Notes: a model not told the origin generated them from the sequence alone. A stretch of 13,011 nt of DNA from Vitrella brassicaformis CCMP3155 (GCA_001179505.1 CDMY01000884.1:1-13011), one strand, 5' to 3'. Counted from the stretch's first letter, positions 1 through 8,720 are shown. Program-made: numbers and translations.

Positions 1-137
1 TCCCTTTTGGCGGTAACGAGGCGTGAGATCTCATCCGTGAGAGTCGTCTTGGCGCTTCTCAGCCGCTCGAACGACGCATCGAAGGCGTCACCGACACTCT
101 CGCACCCGGTGATCAGCTCGAGCACCGGATCCTCCAT
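1..137 (-). CDS. 5' coding end (partial, exits window) of a BTB/TLDc-family gene, inverted paralog of the gene at 5222-7253
   Basis: Minus strand GCC-ATG-G at 137 reads MEDPVLELITGCESVGDAFDASFERLRSAKTTLTDEISRLVTAKR, nearly identical to MEEDPVLRLLTGCESVGDAFDASFERLRSAKTTLTDEISRF at 5222. An upstream GT-AG intron at 243..160 matches the intron at 5119..5199. There is an in-frame TGA upstream of that intron and no in-frame ATG, so the intron is treated as 5'UTR. Confidence 0.75.
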   Translation of the reverse strand, partial: MEDPVLELITGCESVGDAFDASFERLRSAKTTLTDEISRLVTAKR

Positions 138-332
138 GGCTGCAGTGTCCTGAGGCTGCCTGAAGCACAACGTGACACAGATTCCCCATGGTTTTGCGCA
201 TCTGAAGGTGCGACGTGAGAGAAGAAGATGCCTGCTGCCTTACCAATCACTGCCCTTCTCCTTCTGGGAGAGGGGCTTCCTTCTGCCGATTGCGAGCTTC
301 GACAGCGACAATTCATCCAAGTCTCCGCCCCC
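1..332 (-). repeat. Inverted segmental duplicate of 5048-5359
   Basis: Reverse complement of 1-332 aligns to 5048-5359 across UTR, intron and first coding exon; 21-107 vs 5255-5341 is an 87-nt perfect match. Confidence 0.95.
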
Positions 333-412
333 TACTCAAGCAGATCCCGGAGTCTCTGCAGTGTAAGCGTGAGCAACGTCGAGCCGTGGGGCGAAAGGAC
401 GCATAAGGCGCC

Positions 413-419
413 AAAACAA
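413..419 (-). terminator. Likely RNA polymerase III terminator (TTGTTTT) of the tRNA gene
   Basis: T4 run at 416-413 on the minus strand, 4 nt after the discriminator base. Confidence 0.6.
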
Positions 420-493
420 TACGGCCTGTGGGGTTCGAACCCACGACCCCCGGCTCCGGAGGCCGATGTGTTAATCCACTACACTAAGGCCGC
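420..493 (-). tRNA. trnR-CCG: tRNA-Arg, anticodon CCG
   Basis: Minus strand folds as GCGGCCT TA GTGT AGTGGATTA ACAC A TCGGC CT-CCG-GA GCCGG GGGTC GTGGG TTCGAAC CCCAC AGGCCGT A. All four stems pair (G1.U72 wobble), and A-box and B-box (GGTTCGAACCC) are present. No intron. Confidence 0.97.
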
Positions 494-729
494 AGGCTGC
501 CTAATATGGTTTCACCATCCTTTATCCACGTGATCCTGCGACACCCGTCGACCGAAACATCCGGAGATCCGGTGCGAACAAGAGGATCACAGCTGGCGGA
601 CAGGCGAGCTGCTCGTGTCCAAACCCAAGTGCATTCATCGCATTCATTGTGTTGTCGCTATCTTTGTGACAACGTGTGGTGTGTGCCAGGTCGGTCGAGG
701 CAGATCAGATACAGCTTGCGTAGATTAGG

Positions 730-1874
730 ATGGGCTCTGTGGCGCGCACGAGCCAAGGGTGGTATCACCTGGCGGGCTTCTTCACGAGAGTTACGGAGCA
801 GGGCTGGTCGATGGACCTGACTGACAAACAGCTGCCTACAAGCAAACTCATCAAGTGACGGACGGGATGGAGCGACTCATCCAAACACTCGAGCACACAC
901 AGCATGCATTCGTTGTCCTTGTCGATGCGCATCTGTAGGTTCCTGGCGGAAGACACGCCGGTACTTCAGGCGGTCTCGAGGGCCGCATCTGTGCTTGTTC
1001 AACGATGCGGCGAAGGGCAGAGCGATAGTGCACTGAGGAGCACTCTCGAGAGGACGGCCTCTGTCACACGGGATCTGTACAGGCGGCAGGAGAGCCTCCT
1101 GCATGAGCTCGAGCCACCAACACAGTCAGCACAAGACGCCAGCAGCGGTACGTACCGTGACAAGCAATGCACTGCACATGGGCCCCCATATCTGTGAATG
1201 TGGTCTGCTGGTTGGCTGCAGATTTGCCGCCCGAGAGCGCGTCGAAGACCACGCACCACTTCTGTGACTTCCTGTTGGCCACGTGCGGCACGAGGGGCGT
1301 CATGCTGGGCGTGGCCGCCATCGTCAGCTTCCTGTGGTACGTACGGTACGCTAGTGCAGCCAGCGGTTGGGGTGCGGACACTCGATTTGATTATGTGGTG
1401 CGTCGGTGCGCTCACTCGCTGCAGGTTTCGGTTCGATTGGTGTCGGGAGATGGCCATTGCTGCGCGGCACGCGCAGGCGGCCGATGCCCACCAGGACGCC
1501 GCATTAGCAGCTGCATCCGACCACTGCAGGTGACTGACATTCGCACTGCTGGATGCTCCACAAACCACCTGTGGGTGCACCCACCTATTGTCGTGTGTGG
1601 TGTGTGGCTTGTCGTCATGCATTGCAGCCGTTGGTGTACAATCTACTCCGACAACCATGACTTGGCCCGGTGCGTTGAGGGTCTCAAAGAGCGCCTCAAC
1701 GCCTATTTTGTGCATGAGCGGCCGCCAGGCGGCTCATGTGGTGCGGCGGAGGGCGACGTGATGCGTGTGTTCAGAGAGGTGGGGCGGCTCAACTATGAGC
1801 TGCTCGAGAGCGTGGAGCCATCCCCCGTGTCCAATGACGCCATCAACGACATCCGCAATTTCTCTGTGCAGTGA
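730..1874 (+). CDS. TenA/THI-4/PqqC-family (heme-oxygenase-like fold) protein, about 266 aa, probably catalytically degenerate
   Basis: Exons 730-854, 939-1147, 1222-1336, 1425-1529, 1628-1874; four GT-AG introns, all phases compatible, 801 nt total. By-eye similarity to B. subtilis TenA (recalled from memory): KQLPTSKLIKFLAEDTPVL ~ GTLPIDRFKYYVLQDSYYL; SKTTHHFCDFLL ~ SPTAYSYTSHMY; AAIVSFLW ~ AALLPCYW; SRWCTIYS ~ QKWIGTYG; RLNYELL ~ YYEYQFW. Confidence 0.65.
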
Positions 1875-2152
1875 GAGAGACGTTTGTCTGTCTGTCTGTC
1901 TCTCCATGCATTGCATGATCGAGGGAATGTGTGCTGACTGACTGAGACAGACAGACCATTCAGTCTTCTTTCTTGTCAATCAATCGCTTTTGTCCACCCA
2001 CTTGATTGGCAAAACGCACACACACAGACCACCCACACACGCACACAAATAGCCACACGGGCCGTCCCGCTGTCTGTCTGCCCTTTTCCCTTTCTACCTG
2101 CTGTTTGTATCCATCGGCCGGCCGGCCCTCGGTCAATCACTTGAGGCGGTGC

Positions 2153-3253
2153 TCATCTGCGTCTGCCTTTTGTCTCTTTTCGCCGCTTGTGTGGCCGTGC
2201 CCTGACGTCCTCATAAGCCATCTCCTTGACTGTCTGCCAGAAGGCCTCCTGGCCGGGCCTCGAGCAGGGCGACTCGATGGCCGGGTCTCGCATGTCGGCG
2301 AAGTTGCTGTCGTCGAGGCAGTACTCCTTCTCCCTCGTGATTCTGTTTCCTTCCATGGCGTCAGCTGCTGCAGTAAGTGCAGCCACCCATCCATCCGTCC
2401 ATTGCACAGACACATGCCTTTGCGGTCTCTCTGTACCTGTGGTGGTGACTTACGGACGCCATACCTTGTGTCATTGCAAAGCAGGAGAGGCTGGCGTCGT
2501 TTTCGACTAGGTGGGCGATTTGCGACGCGGCCGTGTATCCGCCGTTGACGTACGTCTCCGACTTGCTCATCGACGTGCACAAGTCCACCAGCCGGCTGCA
2601 TCCATTGCACACACAAACTCTCTCTCTGCGCGCGCGCGCGCGCGTGTGTGTGTGACATGCCTGCGCGCCTCTACAGAGTCATCTGGTCTGACGCCGCCCG
2701 TGACTGATACGACCGTGGCGCATGGGCACCTCTTGGTCCATCTCTCTGGTGCCTCCGCGTCCATCAAGAGATACGAAAAATCTGCGCAGATGCACAGCCA
2801 CAACCATCTGTGGGTGAGGGTCGCGTATGTGTGCGTATGTGTGTTTGGCCAACCGACCGATGAGGGCCATGTCGCTCGCTTTGGGGGGGAAATTCATGTA
2901 CACGAACTGCGCCCATGCAACGCACACAGCGCACTGGTGGTCTGTGTCTCTGTGTCTCTGTCTGTCTGTCTGTCTGCCTGCGTGTGGTATGCATACACAG
3001 AGGGATACGCTCACACACGTCATATGTGGTCTTCCAGGAGACGGTGGTGCTTTCGTTGGTCTTGGTCAATGGCGTAATGGCCATGTTTTTCAAATTGCCG
3101 GACTGCAGCACACACATTACACACATTACCGAGAGCACACGCGGCGGACACGTTCGTGCAAGCTCGTGTGTGTGTGTGTGTGTGCTTTCTCTCGTTCACT
3201 GCGGCGCGTGGCGTTTGGCCGGTTGGCGGCACACACACACACACACACGCACA

Positions 3254-3289
<36 letters not shown>

Positions 3290-4038
3290 AAGAAGGAGAG
3301 AGAAGGAGAGAAAGATGAAGCTGGATGTGTGTGCGTGTGTCTCCCTCTCTGTGTGTGTATGCCTTTCCCCACTCACCGTGCATATCGCAGTGGTGCACGC
3401 CGACTTTCTGCATCTGGATGGCCACTTCTGCCATGCCCATCATCAGCAGAGACCCAATAGGAATGGTCTCGCCCTTATCCACGCAAAACAGCACACACGC
3501 CCGCCTCCAAATGGCGCGTTTATGGATGGATGGATGGATGGATGGATGCCTCACCGTCGGCAGTTTTTGTATCTTCTCGAGGCCCTTGTTGATTGTCCTC
3601 GCCAGGGGGAGGATTTCAATGATCAGATAATCTGGTATACACCGGGCGCACGGGCACCAATACACAACAGACGCGTGAATGCATGGTTGCGTGTGTGCAT
3701 TGACCTTTCATGGCCTCCTCCTTGCGAGAGACTGCGTCATGCACCACATAATAGGACGGGATCTGCACAGACACAGACAGACAGACAGACAAACAGACCG
3801 ACACGCACAGAGGCGAGACACACAGTCGGTCTTGCTGTGATTGCCATGATGAAGTACGCACCCTTGGGAAATCGCCGGCCAGGTACGCGACTCGCAGCAT
3901 CTTGAGCGACTCCGAGTACTCAGGATTGCGTTCCGCCTCCGCGCCAATGGGCTCCTCCCGCTCGTCAGTTATCGCCGTCCACAGCTTTTCATACACTGAC
4001 GACATGACGACACACACACAAGACGACCAACACCAAGG

Positions 4039-4070
<32 letters not shown>

Positions 4071-5015
4071 TGTGCCTTTTTTTTCTCCCTTGAGAGCCCG
4101 GTCTTGTTTGGTGGGCCCTTTGCCTCCCTCCGCCGCCCCGTGCAGTGATGCCTTGATGGCCACAGCCACACCCTTGTCGTGCGGTATCGTCACGCCACCG
4201 GCAGCCTTGCTCATGTCGCGAATCTCATAGTTGCACGCTGACATAAAACACACAGCAGGAGAAACACAAACAGCGAGACACATCGGTCGACTGATCATGA
4301 TTGATTGATCTCTGACTGACTGACTGACTGACTGGCTCACCGGGCACAATGGTTGCGAAGATGACGACGCCGTTGGCGCCCGTCGCGCAACGAAGCTTGT
4401 AATCTTCGCCGATCCTGACCTCTTTGATCTTTGGCTTTTTCTTCTTCTTCTCCTGTGACTCCTTCTTGGCTTCGTACACCAGCCGGACATTGCTCTCGGC
4501 CAGCTTCTCCGACTTGAACTCGCCCCAGAACTGCCGCAGGGCGCCCAGATCGTTGCCCATCGTGTGCAGCTGATCTGCACACCCAGACAGACAGACAGAC
4601 ACGCACCGAGACATAGACACACCGACGAGAGGATTGGACAGTGCAAACGTATCGGCCACCCACCCTGGACGTTGCAGTAGACGTAAGGCCTGGAGCAGAT
4701 GAACCTGACGGCCTCCACGACTGTCTCAGGCGTCGATGTCACATTGATGGTCCGGCTGTCGGCACACATGGCCGCCTCGTCGTACTCGCCCGCAGACACA
4801 GACGCAGACACAGAGTGGGCTGCCGGAAACCGCCTGCGTTTCAGGTGGATGGCCGCCCGCCGCTTGACGATGAGGGATGGTGCGGCGCCCTGCCGGACGC
4901 CCCTGCTCCTCCACGCGACTCTGCCCTGTCCGGCGGACAGTGCCTGCACGCGCCCGGCCTCCCATTGCGTGGCGAGTAGAAGGGAAAGGGACAGGAAGCG
5001 GCGTAGAGTCCACAT
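2153..5015 (-). CDS. Divergent protein kinase-like protein with N-terminal signal peptide (about 570-585 aa); one junction unresolved
   Basis: Exons (minus) 5015-4664, 4574-4341, 4237-4076, 3995-3862, 3762-3705, 3631-3555, 3473-3377, [unresolved 3376-3103], 3102-3019, 2906-2858, 2781-2661, 2595-2465, 2367-2153; all resolved phases are consistent. Kinase subdomains occur in order: ATGANGVV (Gly loop), VAVAIK, KGEKKVYEKL (helix C), YLIIEIL (hinge), GVHHCDMH (catalytic loop), MALIDFS (DFG-like). The N-terminus MWTLRRFLSLSLLLATQWEAGRVQA looks like a signal peptide. Confidence 0.75.
3161..3295. repeat. Compound (GT)n / (CA)n(GA)n microsatellites in kinase introns
   Basis: (TG)n at about 3166-3184 and (CA)n(GA)n at about 3229-3290 read directly. 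Confidence 0.9.
3296..3376 (-). mobile_element. Putative introner-like element, copy A (5' part of the kinase intron after HCDMH)
   Basis: 81 nt identical to 8614-8694, starting exactly at the GT donor (GTGAGTGGGGAAAGGCATACACACACAGAGAGGGAGACACACGCACACACATCCAGCTTCATCTTTCTCTCCTTCTCTCTC). The repeat is certain; its mobile nature is inferred. Confidence 0.5.
4038..4074. repeat. (CT)n(GT)n microsatellite inside GC-AG intron 4075..3996
   Basis: Direct reading. Confidence 0.9.
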
Positions 5016-5221
5016 GGACACCTGCATGCATGCGCCGGGTGGGCTGTGGGGGCGGAGACTTGGATGAATTGTCGCAATCAAAGCTCGCAAACGCCAAGAA
5101 GGAGAAGGGCAGTGATTGGTAAGGCAGCAGGCATCTTCCATCACATCGCACCTTCAGATGCGCAAAACCATGAAGAATCTGCGTCACGTTGTGTTTCAGG
5201 CAGCCGCAGGACACGGCAGCC

Positions 5222-7253
5222 ATGGAGGAGGATCCGGTGCTCAGGCTGCTCACGGGGTGCGAGAGTGTCGGTGACGCCTTCGATGCGTCGTTCGAGCGGC
5301 TGAGAAGCGCCAAGACGACTCTCACGGATGAGATCTCACGCTTCGTTGCTGCAAAGGGAAGCTCTGCAGGAGACCTCTGCCAGTGGGGAGATGCTGATCA
5401 ATGCAGGCAAGGCAGAAAACACACCAGAGAGGCGCTGGCACTACTAACTGTGTGACCGGTTTGGTTTGCTGTGTGTGTGTCTGTGCAATCGACAGGTGGA
5501 GTGTTGTTCCCTGTATCTCGTAGCGCTCTCCAGCTCATCAAGCGGCGGTACATTGCGGTCCTGCTGCTCTGCTTCCCCGATGCACTCCCGAGAGACGAAG
5601 GCGGGCAATTTTATCTGGAGGTGTCACCGGCATACTTCGAGGCCTTTCTGGACGGGCTTACTCTCTACGAGACTAACCGCACCGACACTGTCCAGCTGCC
5701 GGCATCCAAGGCATCCGACCCAGCTTACAACGAGTATCACGCCCTCTTCATGCGCACGCTCTCGCCGTTTCAAGCTCTGCCACAGAAGGGCAGCGGTGCC
5801 GTCACGCCGAATCTCGATGGCACGGCATGCGATGGGAAGGACAAGGCCATTGCGGATGTCGTCGAGGAGTCGCTGGGTGAGCTGGAGAGGCTCATGAAGA
5901 GGCTCACAAGGGGCAGGGAGGAGCTCTCGGGATTCTTCTCGGCCATGCAGCCATTCATGAAGGGCCAGGACGATGGTGACGTGGAGGTGCTGAGCCTGGA
6001 AGTGCTCGGCAAGAAGGTGAGCATGCTGAAGCGGACATTGCAGCGACTTGGCAGTGACCACCCTCTGCTCACGCGATTCTCAAAGTGGGCGGGCACAGCA
6101 GAAACAGAGAGGTCGACACACAGAGGGTCATGTGAGCTGTTCTGTTATGTGTTTGTGTGGTGTTCAGTACTCCGCCCTGTTGGGGTGACCGTCGAGTGCG
6201 TCAGACGCCCACCCGACACTTTGTCAACACAGTCGACTTCGCTCGTCGGATCGGCGGCACCATGCCAGCGGGGCAATTTGTGCGGCCCCCAGCGATGGAG
6301 GAGAGCGAGTGTGGGCTGTTCAAAGAGGATCTCATGATGGTAAGTCTGAGTGCTATTGTGGCTTGCCGGTCGGTCACATCTGGTCTGTGTCGATATTGTC
6401 TGTGTCAGTACGGCCTCTCCTACTCGTATTCGCCGCCCGTTGATCTGCCGGCGGGCAACGAGTGGATCATCAAGTCGGCAGACGAGTGGGTGGCCGTCCT
6501 GAACATGATCCACACATCCATCTGCAAGCCGTCGCTCGTCTTCAAGTGAGCAGCCATCCCTTTGACTCATTTGACCTTCTCTATGCGCCGTGTGCTGTGT
6601 ATGGCAGGTCTAGCAGCGACGGCTTCAAGTACAAGGCGTTCCTTGACAAGGTGGCGGGCAAGAGCGGCCTGCCCTTCGCCATCAAGCATCACACCCGCCG
6701 ATTTGGCTGCTTCGTTGACGGGCCACTGACACCGCCACAAGACCCCACTAAGACGAGCGGCATATGCCGCGTTCCCATCTTCTTCTTTTCGCTGCCCACC
6801 ATAGGCCCACCGCTGTCTGGCGCCTATGAGCGTACGACTAAGATCGAGCTACCCTCAGAGAGTCAGGTGGTGGAGGTGGCCGGCACAAGTGGGGTGGTGA
6901 AGAGCGACAAGGGCGAGCCGCGTGGGAATGTGGCCATCGCTCGCGGTGGCGCTGGAGGAGTCTTGTGGCTGGGCTACGGTGATCTAGGTCCTGCGGCCGA
7001 CCTCAGCCGCTGCCAACAGTGGATGGCGAAGAAACACTTGCCGGCGGGGTATACCGGGGGGTACACTGGGGAGGACCACGGCATATTGGCGGAGTACCTG
7101 AACTTCACCTGCAGTGAGCTGGAGGTGTGGCATGTTGAGACCGGCAGCAGGGGCTGCCGATCCAAAGCGGCAGCAGCGCACCCTGCAGTTGGGGGTCGGC
7201 CGAGGAAGCGCTGGAGCTTCATGAGCTGTCTGCCTCTTCGGGGCGGGAAATAG
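5222..7253 (+). pseudogene. Coiled coil - BTB(KCTD/T1-like) - BTB - TLDc gene (576 aa if repaired) with a 2-nt deletion at about 5353; pseudogene, N-truncated protein from ATG 5391, or sequence error
   Basis: Exons 5222-5406, 5496-6084, 6168-6339, 6409-6545, 6608-7253 (first coding intron GC-AG, the others GT-AG). BTB-like: INAGGVLFPVSRSAL...LPRDEGGQFYLEVSPAYF and LEVLGKKVSMLKRTL. TLDc-like: SLVFKSSSDGF...FLDKVAGKSG...RFGCFVDG...FFFSL...FTCSELEVWHV. Exon 1 fits the phase of exon 2 only if 2 nt are added, and the paralog at 1-137 has them (GCCAAAAGGGA vs GCAAAGGGA). Confidence 0.7.
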
Positions 7254-8010
7254 ATGGACGGACGTGTTGGTGGTGCACAATGAGCAAGAAGGGCACTGTC
7301 GTTTATTCAGCCTGGGGCAGCCTGGTACTGTGTGGATGTGTTGGGAAGATGTGTGTCGTCCTCTTGGCTACTCTCCTAGTAGATGTCTTAGCTCCCCGTT
7401 TGTGTGTTGTGGGTGGGTGGTGGGAGGGTTGGGTGGGTGGGTGGGTAGTTATTTATGAAGGGTGCATGGTTCGTCAATTTGACTTATTCACTATCTCTAC
7501 CCTGACATTCGCTGCCGCACCGTGCCTTTATTCAAGAGATAGACCGAACTGGGCTTGACGGCCGCAACAGGACATATCGGGACAGATGTGTGCTTTCTAA
7601 TCGACGCCTCCCACACGGAACAGCAAAGCGGGAATGACATCGTAATGTGTGTGCCTCACCCCTTTTTCTTTGTATGAGGATCACTCCGGTGGGCTGATCG
7701 GCCGATGCAAGACACGACGCGCGACGTGCACACATATACGGACGTGCAATAGACTGCGCCTACCACTGTACTAGCAAACAAATCCCTCGTTGACGAGTGG
7801 GCGGGGCAGTCCCGCTGGCTTTTTGCTGTAGTGGAGCTTGTCTTCCATTCCGTCAGTGCAGATCTGTCTGCCTGTCCCTGCGTGTCGTATGTGTACTTCC
7901 ATTTCCCTCATTTTGGCTCTCACGCTGAGACTCCGAGACTGCGAGTCTCAAGCGAGTCTCATCTTTCCCCCAGGGCCCCCACTAGCTCAAGACCAGGTCG
8001 TGGATGCGGG

Positions 8011-8686
8011 ATGGAGCAGCGAGAGAGCGACAAGGGTCAGCCTTTCCGCCCTCTGCAAAGCGAGGCAGCCCAGCCACCTCACCCATCGCCCGACGCGTCT
8101 GCGGGAGAGCCGAAACCGCCGCCCCCATCACCGGCAGCAGGGCCACCACCAGGCCCGGCCGCCGTCTCACTCTCTGTCGCTGCCGCTTCGCAGCCGTCAC
8201 GGGAGCCGCGCGAAGAGGAGGAGGAGGAGCCCCTGATTGACAAAGACGTCCTCTTCCCGTCCGATTCAACCACACTCACTCGGCCGCTCTTTTACGTGGT
8301 GGGGGGCATCTGTCTCATCACCATCATCGAGGGCTTCGACAACGCCGTGATCGGGGACGCAATCGTGTCGATGCAGCAGAGCTTCGGGTTCCAGGACGAC
8401 TCGGCCGTCACACAGCGGGTTGTGGCCCTCCCTCAGATAGTGGCGTGTGTGGCTGCCTTTGCCGGCGGCCAGCTGATGGACTGGCTGGGCAGGAGAGGGA
8501 CAGTGGTGGTGGCGAGCATGGCCTACCTGCAGGGCTGCCTCATTGTGTGCGTGGCGTGGGATTTGTGGAGCCTGATGGTCGGCAGGGCCTTTGCTGGGGC
8601 TGGGATGGGGCTGGTGAGTGGGGAAAGGCATACACACACAGAGAGGGAGACACACGCACACACATCCAGCTTCATCTTTCTCTCCT

Positions 8687-8720
<34 letters not shown>

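Noticed and set aside
420-493. tRNA-derived SINE or pseudogene
   Set aside because: All stems, the anticodon loop and the terminator are intact; no tail or target-site duplication.
999-1715. 238-aa minus-strand ORF
   Set aside because: Antisense shadow of the TenA-like gene in GC-rich DNA; no recognisable motif or splice support.
3520-3548. (GGAT)n, (GACA)n and (GACT)n arrays as CRISPR-like or telomeric repeats
   Set aside because: Simple tetranucleotide microsatellites inside introns; no spacers, and the context is eukaryotic.
2006-3905. Several long + strand ORFs (2006-2548, 2511-3077, 2827-3318, 2915-3460, 3156-3905)
   Set aside because: Antisense to the kinase gene and full of HTHT, CVCV, RERE runs produced by dinucleotide repeats.
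5030-5118. MRRVGCGGGDLDE...GSDW as a coding first exon of the BTB-TLDc gene
   Set aside because: In frame in this copy, but the inverted paralog has a TGA and no ATG in that frame, and ATG 5222 has a conserved GCCATGG context. Treated as UTR, though not excluded.
3969-5144. 391-aa single ORF on the minus strand
   Set aside because: It is read-through of kinase exons 1 and 3 across introns and an out-of-frame exon 2 (SQSVSQSV, CLSVCL are intron microsatellite translations); not a single CDS.
7254-8010. Intergenic ORFs (7264-7458, 7280-7558, 7532-7735) and a GGGT repeat at about 7411-7446
   Set aside because: Short, no motifs or codon-like composition; most simply 3'UTR, intergenic and promoter sequence.
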